Of a DNA stretch of 64,000 nucleotides, positions 26,295-40,405 are shown in pieces (the stretch's first letter is position 1; each line of letters begins with the position of its first letter). Under the pieces are notes generated by a model. The model did no database searches. It had not been told where the DNA came from and saw only the letters and a list, made by a program, of their open reading frames with translations. Origin of the DNA: Octopus vulgaris (Eukaryota); NCBI GenBank assembly GCA_951406725.2, contig OX597821.1:86056001-86120000 (forward strand), in the 5' to 3' direction. Position numbers and translations under genes: made by a program.

Positions 26295-28800
26295 TAAAAT
26301 TTCTAAGTCTCTCTAAAGGAGACTACGGCAGCGGTAATGAAAATTAACAGTTATCGCCAAGCTAACATGGCAGTCTGTAAATATAAAGCTGCCGTTGATA
26401 AGTCCAAAGGCCATCGCCTCTAGCTAGCTATGTCACACGGCAGCTTAAGTCTTATATTTATAGACTGCCATGTTAGCTTGGCGATGAATGTTAATATATA
26501 TATATGAAACACTGAGTAGTCGAAGCAGGGGCAGCTGAAGAAAGGGAAGATTCTTTGTGTTGTATGTCTTGTATTCTGTTTTTTCGTTGTTTGAAAAAAG
26601 TCCGTTTTTATATTTTTATGTTTTCGTTTCTCATTGTGTTCTACGTTTTTTTGGTGTCTTGTAGCCATATATGCATGTATATATACATATATGTATATAT
26701 ATATACATATATGTATGTATATATGCATATGTTTTATTTATTATTTTGTTATTATATATATATGGCCCAGTGGTTAGGGCAGCGGACACGCGGTCGTAAG
26801 ATCGCAGTTTCGATTCCCAGACCGGGCGTTGTGTGTGTTGATTGAGCGAAAACACCTAAAGCTCCACGAGGCTCCGGCAGGGGGTGGTGGCGATCCCTGC
26901 TGTACTCTTTCGTCACAACTTTCTCGCACTTTTTCTTCTGTTGACCTGCTCGCTTACCCAACGGGGTGGCGTCATTTGAAGGCTAAAACAATGCGAAGCG
27001 CATTGTGACCAGCGATGTGTAGCAGTATCTGATAGCCTGGTCGATCACGATGATATACATATACATATTTATCTCTGTGTGTGTGCGTGTGCGCGCGTGT
27101 GTGTGTAAATGTGTGTCTGTGTTTGTCCCCCACCACCGCTTGACAACCGGTGCTGGTGTGTTTACGTCCCCGTAACGTAGCGGTTCAGCAAAAGAACCGA
27201 TAGAATATGTACAAGGCTTTTAAATAAAAATTCTTCAAAGCGGTGACCCAACATGACCGCAGTCTAATGACTGAAACAAGTAAACGATAAAAGATTTGGT
27301 GGTTTACGGTATCGGTTTATTTTTCATGTTTCTAAATATTTTGCTAGTAAAGGTGAGGGATCATGAAAGTATTGCCTGGCATTAACTATTTCACATAAGA
27401 ATTAGAGATTGACCAGTTATAAATCTTCTAGAACTACTGACAAATTATATTAACAGAATAATAATTTTTGAAGTTTTTTAATCGGACAACAGCCATGCTA
27501 GAGCACCACCTTGAAGGATTTTGTCGAATAAATCGACCCCCGTATTTATTTTAAGTCAGGTACTTATTCTATCAGTGTCTTCAGGATGTTAACAAACAAT
27601 TCGATTGAGGACACAGACAAACCAACTCCGGTTGTCAAGCGGTGTTGGATGGACGAATACAAACATACACACGCATATAAACACATACGAGCTTCCACAG
27701 TTTTCGTCTAAGAAATTCACTCTCAAGACATTGTTTGTTTCGTAGCTCTTGCCCAACGTGCCGCGCAGTCGGACTGAACCCCGAAACCACGTGGTTGTAA
27801 AGCAAGCTTTTTAAGCAAATAGCCATGCCTTCGTATGTACTTTTAGGTGGAAAAAAACAAAAAGCAAAAAACCATAAAACAACAACATATAAAACGCTTA
27901 ACTTCAAAGACTTACTGAAGGTTTGTTTCAATTATGAAGTCTTAGCAATACATGGTTAGAAATGACTATCCTCCGTGATATCCTGCAAATGTTTTAAACT
28001 CATTTTTCTCGCAGTTTGAATATCATTTATCGTCATAAAAAATTTACTAACATTGCTAAATTTAATGTATAGGCGAAAATGTTCTAGAATTATCTATGCG
28101 TGGGTGTGTATTAAGAACCCTACTTCCCAAGTACATGGTTCCGGGTTCAGTCTCACAGCGTTGCATTTTGGGCAAGTGTCTTCTTCTATGGTCTCTAGCT
28201 ACATTTTGGCATTAAAAAATTGAGATTTGATCTGGTAGAAAAAAGTTTACATCAAAATTTGTAGGAAAGTTATAGCAGAGTAAGTAACATCACCAATCAA
28301 GTTTAGATCTAAATAACTTTTTTAAACATTTTAAAAGCAAAATATATTTCTCATAGCTTCAATGATAGAAGAAAGCATGAAGAATTTCGTAGTTTTAGTC
28401 CCATGCAACAAAAATATTTATCAAAAAAGTTGTGAGGTAAAATATCAGGGAAAAAAATATAAGGCAAAATATTGGATTTAAGTATAATCAACTTTTTCTA
28501 TTTTAAAAACAAACTATATTTTAATTAAGTTTAAATGATAGAGATCAAATCGAGGAATTTCATGGCATCAATCTCATGCAATGAAGTTTTAAGAGAAAAA
28601 ACTTATGAATGTTTGTTTCGCAAATTTAAGGGTGATAATATAATTCTATACTTTTTTAATAAATATAGTTCTATAAGGGGACTTTTAATATATGTCACTG
28701 GCGTCATTGAGGTAAGGAAAAAATTATCAATGACATCGCTAATTGACACATTTGACACATTATTAATTAGCGTAATAGCATATCCTGGAAAAAACATGGA

Positions 28801-29578
28801 TTACATGGGAAAATGCGAGCTAGAGAAATAATATTCTTAAGATTATAGATCGAGAAAATTACAGGACAAGTTATTACACTTGGAAAAATTCAGGACAACA
28901 AAATTTTTACTTAAAATATTAAATATTAAAAATTATTTGATTTTAATTTACAAAGTAATAATATAATTAAAAAAGGTACTATCATTTTGTTAAAATATTG
29001 ACGCACTAGAATACTTAAAAAATGAGCGCCAAAAGTACCAATATAGCTAATGTTTTATTGCAAAGTAGAATAATATATATGGTAGGCAAATTCATTATGT
29101 AAAAAAATAGGCATTGCGCCGAGACTAAAAATGTGAAGACTTGGCAATAACTTAGGCAATAACTCAAGCAAATTTTACTGTTAATTCGTTGTTATTGGTA
29201 TAAATTTAACTGTAATATATAACTAATTTTTGAATTATTCTATTTATTGTACTAACTAATTATGTACTACTATTATTTTTATAACCTATTTTCAAATTTC
29301 TAATTATTAATTAATAATTCAAAAAATGTATTTTTTTAAAGTGCAAAAAATATTTTGAGTATTTTAAATTTTTAATAGAAGTATCAAGTAATAACAAATA
29401 GAAGTAATAACTTGTAATAAAATTCTTAGTTTTAATAAACTAAAATTTTCTTGTTCTGTGCTTTACCAGTTGTAACACGTTGTCCTGAAATTTTCCAAGT
29501 GTAATAACTTGTCCTGTAATTTCCCAGGTTTCTAATCTTAAGAATATCATTTCTCTTACTCTCATTTTCTCATGTAAT
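28801..29578. repeat. AT-rich foldback/MITE-like element with ~100-bp inverted arms
   Basis: 28801-28898 versus 29479-29578 (aaattacaggacaagttattacacttggaaaa / ttttccaagtgtaataacttgtcctgtaattt). Confidence 0.8.
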
Positions 29579-29587
29579 ATATATCTA

Positions 29588-29624
<37 letters not shown>

Positions 29625-32173
29625 CCTTGTATGTGTGTGTGTGTGTGTGCGTGCGTGTCTTTGTGTCTGAGTTTGTGCTCCGCTACTACTGATTAGCAAC
29701 CGGTGTTGGTGTGTTTTCGTCTCCGTAGCTTAGCGACTAGGCAAAAGAGACGGATAAAATAAGTACGGTCTTAAAACAAAAAAAAAAAAAGTTTTTACTG
29801 CGGTAAAATTCATTCGATCAAAAATTCTTCAAGGCTGTGACCCAGCATGGCCGCAGTCTAATTGCGGAAACAAAAAAAAATTAAAGACAAATAATAAAAG
29901 AACCCTATCGCTTACACCCTTCTTCTTTGTTACCAATGGACGAGAAGAAACTGCATAACTCTTATGGTACATCTTATGATTATTGAGTTATCCCAGGATT
30001 AGATGATTACAGGTCTATCAACGATTATCTTAATTTCTGGTGTTCCGAGCAATTTTTAGTTTTTATAATTTTGATGTGTAATCAGTGTCTCAGAATGATA
30101 TTTTTGTGTGAATGTTTTACCATTTTAACACTAATTTATCGCTTAGACCTAGCAATAGTAGGTAATCAATTAAGAGTCTCAGCTTAATGAGTTTACATTT
30201 ACTAACGGAAGAGTTTACGTCTGTTTTTATAGTTTATCTTTGACTTATTTCAGTCATTGGACTACAACCATGTTGGGGCACAACTCTGAAGGGTTTTTTA
30301 AGTCTGGTACTTATTCTATCGGTATCTCTGGCCGAACTGCTAGGTTACAGGGACATAAACAAACCAACACCGGTTGTCAGGTGAGGATAGGGGTTTGGTA
30401 AAAATACATACACACATACATGACGAGCTTCCGCACAGTTGTCGTTTGCCAAAGTTACTCACAAGGCATTGGTCGGCCGACGCTAAAGTAGGAGTCACCT
30501 GCCCAAGATGCTGCGCAGTGGGACTCAACCCGGAACTACGGGGATGCAAAGCAAGTTTCTTAATCACACAGCCATACCTGCTCCTATATGTTGATTTATT
30601 TTTGAAACCCACGACTGTCCGTTGTATTCTGATCACCATTTTATCTAAAAGGGGGCACCTGCCTCAATCATGGAAAGTAACGACCCGAGGACTGCATACA
30701 GCTTTCTGAATCGTACGTCTTATAAAAAATTATCTTGAATTTTTTTAGTAGTATGGCCCGCATGCTGAATCGTTATGTCTAATACGGCTCACTTCTCAAA
30801 AAGTTTTGACTATGCCTGCTACATAGTCACTTCAAAATCATACTGCACCGTTTCACAACAAGGATAGATGCATTAGATACATATTTCTCATTGCAAGAGC
30901 CTGTAAATATTGAAAAGAGGGCAGACAAATTGCCACGTTTAATAAGATTAAGATAATTTTAAATTCTTTATACTTGTCCGACACTATGACAAAGAAGAAT
31001 TGTCTTCTCATTAATAATAGTGACAGGGTAGGCAGAAAAATCTCACTGATATGTTTTTGAGGAAGTGGAGATTAATATTTCGCAGCTTGAGAACTATTGC
31101 ATTTCAGACAATACAGTGTACTTCCGCCATGACAAACTTATAAAAAGACGGGGTAGACATGATGGGAATGAGGCTCTGCAACAACAGCAACTTTCAGTTA
31201 AAGCTAGCTCAAGGGCAGTGATAAAATATATCGAGATATACATCGCATACTTAGTGTCAAACACGTTTAAAATTTTATCAAAGTCTGCCTCTGATATACG
31301 TGTAAAATATGTTGTTAAAATTAGTTTTACTGCAGTTCCACAATATTATCTTATTTAGTAGGTTTTTGGATCTCTTAACTAAACGAACAAAAGGCACCAA
31401 AGCTATTTGAATGTTTCTGTTTCAATTATAGCAGATTTATGTTCATCTTCAAAGGTTTGGTTAGATGGCGGTCTAAACGGAGGTCCTTTGTTGATATGGT
31501 CATAATTTAGCGAAAGTCTGGGGCAAAATATATTATATAGAGGCGAGAAAGTTAGGGGAACTGAAATCATGGCGGCTACACACATACACAAACACACACA
31601 CAATCGTAGCACTCATACATACATACATACATACATACATACATACATACATACATACATACATACATACATACATACGTGAATGTATGTATGTATGTAT
31701 ATATATATATTATTACTGTTTGTTTTTATGTTCAGCTGTAATAAAAACAATTTTACATTAATCTAATGGGTTACTCGATTCTTTTGTAGGGTACAAATTT
31801 CTTCTTATATAAAAATGCTGCCGGGTAAGTTTTCACTAGAGAATTCGTTGGTAGACTTTCGGAAAAGTACATCCACATGAATTGAATTTTCTTTGTTTTG
31901 ACGGGGATTCTTCAATTTTTCGTTCCCCACTACACTCTTGCAAATGATGGAGGGAAGCTTTCCATGAAAAATGTTTTTTATATTTATGAATTTTTCAATT
32001 CTTCTCTTTCACTCAGTACCGATTTTGGCCAATTTTTTTTGTACTACACACTTAAAAACGACGAGAGAAACCATGAACGTTTAAAAACAGAAAAAAGTTT
32101 TGAAAATGGCGATCATCATCACAATCCCCACCTCCTTTATTTTCAAACAGGCAATGAAACGTAATTTAAAAAA

Positions 32174-32269
32174 TTCCCTGATGAAATTATGCTCATGTTA
32201 CACAAATGTAAACTTAATGTATAAATTTGTAATTAAATTATTGAGTATTAATTGAAACGGCCGTAGGAA
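32174..32269 (+). ncRNA. Type I hammerhead ribozyme, canonical core, long AU-rich stem II
   Basis: Stem I TTCC/GGAA; CTGATGA (32178-32184); stem II AATTA-TGCTCA/TGAGTA-T-TAATT; GAAA; palindromic ACGGCCGT; GTA triplet 32263-32265; (TA)n begins ~55 nt downstream. Confidence 0.82.
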
Positions 32270-32327
32270 GTAATAATAAATAATTGTTAACTTCCAACTT
32301 TCAATTTTCTTTTCTTCGTTTAACTAT

Positions 32328-32402
<75 letters not shown>

Positions 32403-33157
32403 CATAATTAAATACATAACCAAAAGAGATACTAATTGTTCCATGCTATTAGGATACTTGAACAGGCATATTTATAAAATACACCAGATACCTTAAAGCA
32501 ATCTTTCAGGCTCTATTATATATGAATTTTTAAAGAACGGGGACATTGGGCAGTAAGAAAATAAGAAACAAAACATGAAGAAAGTTGGCGCCAAAAATGG
32601 AACGAGAAAAAGGAACCGAAATAAAGAACTACAATCCTCTTCCTCTCTCATTGCACATACATACATACATACATACATACATACATACATACATACATAC
32701 ATACATACATACATACATACATACACGTGTATGTGTGTATATACATATATGTGTATGTGTGTTATGTATACGAAGGCGCGTGGATCAGTGCTTAAGGATA
32801 TTCGGCTGAAGGCACTAACGTCGTGAGTTCGATATCTAGAGACGCATTGTATCCTTGAGTAAGACGCTATTTCATGTTAGTCCCCTCAAACTCATCTGAG
32901 AACAATGAGTTTTACCTGTATTTAAAAGGCCAGCCTTGTCTTATTCTGTGTCACGTTGAATCTCCTTGAGAACTACTCTAAGAAATCGCGTGTCTGTGGA
33001 GTGCTCTGTCACTTTGATTTTACGAGCAGGCTCTTCCGTTGATCGGATCAACCGGAACAATCGTCGTCATAACGGGAGTACCATTTTTTTAATGAATGTA
33101 TGTGTCTGTGTGTGTGTTTGAGTGCATACATACATATATACGTATACATATACATAC

Positions 33158-33220
<63 letters not shown>

Positions 33221-33391
33221 CACATATATACGACGGGCTTCTTTCAGTTTCCGTCTACCAAATCCACTCACAAGGCTTTGGTTGGCACGAGGCTATAGTA
33301 GAAGATAGTTGCCCAAGGTGCCACGCAGTGGGACTGAACCCGGAACCATGTGGTTGGTAAGCAAGCTACTTACGAGACAGCCACTCCTGCG

Positions 33392-33442
<51 letters not shown>

Positions 33443-33969
33443 TGAAAAATAAGGAGAATGAAGAATTTGAACATTCACACTTTATTTATTAATATACATC
33501 CTCTTTATTATTAATAATGTACTTCACACTGTAAGTAGCCATGTAATAAACTCTAACATCGGATGGGAATTAAAGGAAATTTACCAAAAAACACGCACCA
33601 TCTCAAGGAACCAGCCTTGGCATTTTACATAGAGAAATTTGGTATCCGCCTGGAAATTATATCCCTCCTCTTACAATATATATACACACACCACCCAAGC
33701 ACACCGCCCACACCACCCACACACCCATCCCCCACATCTCCACACCCACACAAACATACACACACGTCCAGACCACCAGCCCTCTTTCACACGCACATAT
33801 ACACACGCACCTTTGTGTTGGGGGCACCTTCGTATTGGAAGTCATTTGACCCTGTTATTTCCCCTACTGTCCCTCTCGCGTTTGACCACTGTCCGAAAGT
33901 CAGGATGCCATGATAGATCGTTAGCTCCTACACGCTCTTTTTTCTCTCCTTGTTTTTTTTTTCTGTGTA

Positions 33970-34007
33970 TCTTTCTGTCGAAGAGCGTAGGCTCGAAACG
34001 TAAAAGA
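33970..34007 (+). ncRNA. 38-nt minimal hammerhead-like fold with variant core CUGUNGA+A (copies 8140-8177 minus, 61523-61560 plus)
   Basis: TCTTT-CTGTCGA-A-GAGC-gtag-GCTC-GAAA-C-GTA-AAAGA. Stem III is only the palindrome ACGT. Confidence 0.55.
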
Positions 34008-34121
34008 CCTTTTCTATTTCTATTCCTGAGCGCTATACTAATACATTTGTTTGTTTGTATTACCTGCCTTCGTCTTTTGTTTATTTTCGTAAACTTTGTT
34101 TATATATATATATAAACTTTC

Positions 34122-34163
<42 letters not shown>

Positions 34164-34987
34164 CTTACCAGAGTAAGCACATAAATGCGAAACAAGGTGG
34201 AAAATATAGTACTCGAATATCGGAGGTAGAGTAATATGCTTTATTAAAAAAGCAGCAAAATTTAATGTACATAAATTTATAATTTATATATATATATATA
34301 ATTTTTTTTATATATAATTTATATACATATATAATTGTTTTCATATATAAATTATATATATATATATAACTTTTTTATATATAATTTATATATATGTAAA
34401 TTTATATATATATATATAACTTTTTTTTATATATAATTTATATATATATATATAATTATAAGAACAGTTTCATACGGCCGTTTCTGCCTAGAGGTCACAA
34501 TACACCACATGTTATTTCCATCTCTTCAGTGTTTCGTAGTGATCGGTAGATAACATTAGGGTATTGGGTGTGCCTCTATATATATGTATGTATATTAACA
34601 GTTAAAAGTCTATCCAAGTCAACGTGTTCCTTACAGCGGAACTTAAACCACGTTTCCAAGACATTTAAGCGACTGAGAATACAAGACTCTGTCCTGAACG
34701 GAGCCGTAGTACTCATTTGGAGCTACATAGACACGAGCTCACTCCAGTATTTTTCCACATGGAGGTATGACCCGAACCAAACAGGAAGTATGACCCTTAA
34801 CCTTCACAGCAAAGGCTTCAGTACCAAAACATAAAGAAGAGAAGACACTGGATAGCTATGGTCACATCTAGGTATGTGTCAGACTAATCAATATTGATCA
34901 GAGTTCTAATGAAGTCATATTTAAAACCATCCCGATCTATGATCTACAGATGTATCGTTTGAGCTCGAGGTTATAGATAAATCTACC

Positions 34988-35377
34988 GTGGAGGCGCAAT
35001 GGCCCAGTGGTTAGGGCAGCGGACTCGCGGTCATAGGACCGCGGTTTCGATTCCCAAACCGGGCGTTGCGAGTGTTTATTGAGCGAAAACACCTAAAAGC
35101 TCCACGAGGCTCCGGCAGGGGATGGTGGTGATCCCTGCTGTACTCTTTCACCACAACTTTCTCTCACTCTTACTTCCTGTTTCTGTTGTACCTGTATTTC
35201 AAGGGGCCGGCCTTGTCACTCTCTGTGTCACGCTGAATATCCCCGAGAACTACGTTAAGGGTGCACGTGTCTGTGGAGTGCTCAGCCACTTACACGTTAA
35301 TTTCACGAGCAGGCTGTTCCGTTGATTCGGATCAACTGGAACCCTCATCGTCGTAATCGACGGAGTGCTTCCACCAC
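34988..35377 (+). mobile_element. tRNA-Arg(TCG)-derived SINE (Octopus OR1/OR2-type)
   Basis: A-box TGGCCCAGTGG, TCG anticodon loop, B-box-like GGTTTCGATTCC; 13-bp TSD AGATAAATCTACC. Confidence 0.88.
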
Positions 35378-35973
35378 AGATAAATCTACCAGAGAACACA
35401 GACGTTTTTGCTTCTTCGACTAGACTACTGATGACTATCGCTTAATTTTTAACGAGGACCTTTGCCATCGCAATGTCATTGTCCTTTAAAATACCCCATC
35501 ATGCTACGTGGGAACCTTTTCAGGAGTTTTAAGAAGAACCTCACTATCGTTGATATCAGAAGTTTGTTTTTCTTTTCATTAAGAATTCGTTCATTTCCGC
35601 CAACATCTGACGTTACGACTTTTTGGACGAACTATATCAATTCATTTCCGAATGACAACGAAGTAGTGGTTTGCTGATTGCGGTTACTGCTGTCTTGGAT
35701 GTCGGTGTTGTGTCATTCGTTGCTGTATCTATCTACTGCTGTCATCGTGTTACTTATAATTGTTCTTGTTTAATAATAAAAGCCTTTAGTTTTAAACATA
35801 TTCAAAACAGGGCACACAATTAGAAAGTGATAGTACAGCCGAAATGCGAGAATTCATAGCATATTACTTGCACATTATTCATCGCTCGCTGAAGGGTTTA
35901 TTGTCGGATGCGTAACTGAATTCCTGATGGTACGCACATACATCGCCATTCAGACAACTAGCAATACATTTAC

Positions 35974-36006
<33 letters not shown>

Positions 36007-36378
36007 TGGCACACAGACGTAGACACATATACAGACAGACAGGCGTAGAAACGGCCAATCGAGGAGCCTGCGATTTCGTTTAATGACATACAGGAAGTGT
36101 TTAATTATTGAATTGACTTCGTTGTTAACTCACTTGTAATGGATACATACAAATGCGCGCGCGGGTAAACACTCACACACACACACACACACACACACAC
36201 GCAGACAGAACTGCTATACACATGTACGCACTCTGTCCTCCCACAATTCATAATGTAAATATATCGTCTGTAATCCCATGTATGTGGATGTGTACTGTGA
36301 TGAGAGATTACTAAAGAGGGTTGAATATAAATACACACGTATTTCCATGCACCCAAACAGCCACAAACCTGTGTGTGC

Positions 36379-36444
<66 letters not shown>

Positions 36445-36607
36445 GTGCGTGTGTGTCTGTCTGTATGAGTACGTATGCATGGATGATTATTTTTATATTT
36501 TATCACTGTATGTCTGTATGTTTATATGTATATACATTTATATTTATACTTAGATATATTCATATAAATATATATTTATATATGTATGTATATATATCTA
36601 CACACAC

Positions 36608-36687
<80 letters not shown>

Positions 36688-36946
36688 TTTCTTTTACTTG
36701 TTTCAGTCCTTTGACTGGATCCCTGCTGGAGCATCGCCTTCAGTCGAAAATCGAACGCAGGACTTATTCTTTGTAAGCCTAGTACTTATTCTATCGGGCT
36801 CTTTGCCGAACCGCTAGGTTAGGGGAACGTAAATACACCAACATCGGTTATCAAGCAATGGTGGGGTGGACAAACACAGACACACAAATACATACATACA
36901 TACATACATACATACATACATACATACATACATACATACACCCCCC

Positions 36947-36993
<47 letters not shown>

Positions 36994-37134
36994 GAGAGGG
37001 AGGGAGGGAGGGAGAGGAAGAGAGGGTATATAGATAGCGAGGGTATGATATAAAATATATATTCATTCTTCCGTACATATAGACGTATACGCAAAGATAT
37101 AGACATACAGGTATAGATATATACACACAGACAT

Positions 37135-38192
37135 GCATACATACATACATACATACATACATACATACATACAAACATACATACAAACATACATACATAC
37201 ATACATACAAACATACATACATACATACATACATACATACATACATACATACATACATACAAACATACATACAAACATACAAACATACATACATACATAC
37301 ATACATACATACATACATACATACATACAAACATACATACATACATACATACAAACATACATACATACATACATACATACATACATACATACATACATAC
37401 ATACATACATACATACATACAAACATACATACATACATACAAACATACATACATACATACATACATACATACATACATACATACATACATACATACATAC
37501 ATACATACATACATACATACATACATACATACAAACATACATACATACATACATACATACATACATACATACATACATACATACATACATACATACATAC
37601 ATACATACATACATACATACATACATACATACATACATACATACATACATACATACATACATACATACATACATACATACATACATACATACATACATAC
37701 ATACATACAAACATACATACAAACATACATACATACATACATACATACATACATACATACATACATACATACATACATACATACATACATACATACATAC
37801 ATACATACATACATACATACATACATACATACATACATACATACAAACATACATACATACATACAAACATACATACATACATACATACATACATACATAC
37901 ATACATACATACATACATACATACATACATACAAACATACATACATACATACATACATACATACATACATACAAACATACATACATACATACATACATAC
38001 ATACATACATACATACATACATACATACATACATACATACATACATACATACATACATACATACATACATACAAACATACATACATACATACAAACATAC
38101 ATACATACATACAAACATACATACATACATACATACATACATACATACATACATACATACATACATACATACATACATACATACATACATAC
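37135..38192. repeat. ~1.06-kb (TACA)n microsatellite with AACA interruptions
   Basis: Read directly from the sequence. Confidence 0.98.
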
Positions 38193-38927
38193 GTATACGT
38201 AACGCATATTTGATATCATAGGTAGATGAATAAATTGGTTGGCAGATAAACAGAGCGAGAGACAAAGAACGAGACAGAGGATGATGAGGAGGATGAGGAG
38301 GAAAGTGAGATGGAAAAGGGGTGAAGCAGAAGGTCACAAGGTCAATGAGAGAAGGATTAGCAGTCAGTTTAGTGCAAAACAATTAAGACACGATCAGAAA
38401 AATTTGATCTAATTTATCAAGCTTTCTAATTAAATATAACAATTATTTCTGCATATACACACATACGTCAGTGTGATGTACGTACATACGTACATATATG
38501 CATACATACGTACGTACATACATGCATATATACATACATACATATATATACATGCATTTATATACATATATATACATACATACATACATACATGCATACA
38601 TATACATACCTACCTACCCACATCCATCCATCCATCCATCCATCCATCCATCCATACATACATACATACATACATACATACATACATACATACATACATA
38701 ATACATACATGCATACATACATACATACATACATATACAGATACATACATATGGTCATACTTACACACACACGTACATACATACATGTATGCATGTACGT
38801 GTGTGTGTATGTCCGAATATATGTATGTATATATCTGCATATGTATGTATGTATTAGGATGGTAGATAGGTATGTAGGTACGTACGTACTACGTACGAAT
38901 GTATATATGTATGTATGTATGTATGTA

Positions 38928-39298
38928 TATCAGCAGCGGGGTCCGACTGCATATGCCCATTTACCCCCACCGTATATATTTCTTTACTACCCACAAGGGG
39001 GCTAAACACAGAGAGGACAAACAAGGACAGACAAACGGATTAAGTTGACTATATCGACCCCAGTGAGTAACTGGTACTTATTTAATCGACCCCGAAAGGA
39101 TGAAAGGCAAAGTCGACCTCGGCGGAATTTGAACTCAGAACGTAACGGCAGACGAAATACGGCTACGCATTTCGCCCGCCGTGCTAACGTCTCTGCCAGC
39201 TCGCCGCCTCATACTGCTTCTGTACGCCTTTGCGCAACATCAAATTCACTCATCCGTCCACAAACACTCTCCAAGCTTTCCTATCATTTATAAATTCT
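38928..39298 (-). mobile_element. Second RTE 3' fragment in the opposite orientation, interrupted by a SINE
   Basis: 38928-38957 and 39210-39298 are diverged reverse complements of 40150-40252. Confidence 0.65.
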
Positions 39299-39299
39299 A

Positions 39300-40373
39300 T
39301 TATAAGTATGTAAGATACTTGGAGTATCTGTGAGATAAAAGGTTGAGTTTGAAAGCGAAAAGAGGTGTGTATGGAAGGAAGGAGGAAGCACTCCGTCGGT
39401 TACGATGATGAGGGTTCCGGTTGATCCGAATCAACGGAACAGCCTGCTCGTGAAATTAACGTGTAAGTGGATGAGCACTCCACAGACACGTGTACCCTTA
39501 ACGTAGTTCTCGGGGATATTCAGCGTGACACAGAGAGTGACAAGGCCGGCCCTTTGAAAAACAGGTACAACAGAAACAGGAAGTAAAAGTGAGAGAAAGT
39601 TGTGGTGAAAGAGTACAGCAGGGATCACCACCATCCCCTGCCGGAGCATCGTGGAGCTTTAGGTGTTTTCGCTCAATAAACACTCACAACGCCCGGTCTG
39701 GGAATCGAAACCGCGATCCTACGACCGCGAATTCGCTGCCCTAACCACTGGGCTATTGTGCCTCCACGAGGTGTGTATGAGGGTGTGATTGAGCCTACAA
39801 TGTTATATGGTGCAGAGACGTGGAGGCTGAGAGAGGCAGAAAGGAGGCGACTAGATTTGTTTGAGATGAGATGTTTGAGCACCATGGTTGGTGTGACACG
39901 GATGGACAGGATTAGGAATAAAGAGGTGCGAAGGCGAGCAAGGTATGAGTGAAAAACTTACAACCAAAAGGGATAGACGAATGTTGAGGTGGTTTGGCCA
40001 CATGGAGAGGATGGACGAGGAGCGGATGGTAAGGAGGGTGATGAAGGTAGAAGTGGTAGGCAGCATAATCAGAGGTAGAACTCGGTTTCTGTGGATGGAT
40101 GGAGTGAGGAAAGCTTTGGTGGTTAGAGGTGTTGGAGTGAGAGAGGCAAGAGAATGTATAAATGATAGGAAAGCTTGGTGAGTGATTTTGATGTTGCGCA
40201 AAGGAGTATGATGCTGTAAACCAGCATCTGCTGTCGGGCCCCGCTGCTGATATTGGGGATTGCGTTCTATGCCTTGACCCGAACATAGAACGGCGCTCAC
40301 CTCTTTGAATGAAATGCCTTGTGTGCGTTTCGTTGTGGCTAACCCTCCTAAGAAAATGGGGAATAGGCCTGGG
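39300..40373 (+). mobile_element. 5'-truncated RTE-clade LINE (RT C-terminus and 3' UTR), interrupted by a SINE
   Basis: RLSLKAKRGVY|EGVIEPTMLYGAETW..FEMRCL..VTRMDRIRNKEVRRR..LRWFGHMERMDEER..RGR..WMDGV..DRKAW; followed by a (TATG)n tail. Confidence 0.9.
39374..39767 (-). mobile_element. tRNA-Arg-derived SINE inserted in the RTE LINE
   Basis: Same family as 34988; 12-bp TSD GAGGTGTGTATG (39362-39373, 39768-39779). Confidence 0.88.

Positions 40374-40405
<32 letters not shown>

Noticed and set aside
31065-31358. Faint RT-like words (YCISDNTVYF..G); also faint GIY-YIG-like text at ~43000-43200 minus and RT-like text at ~54250-54330 minus
   Set aside because: Too degenerate to call without a profile search.
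34988-35065. tRNA-Arg(TCG)-like sequence
   Set aside because: It is the head of a TSD-flanked SINE present in many copies, not a standalone tRNA gene.
36819-38382. 362-466 aa ORFs (MYVC / HTYI repeats)
   Set aside because: Translations of a stop-free (TACA)n microsatellite; the same applies to all YIYI, HTHT, VCVC, SIYL and ERER ORFs.
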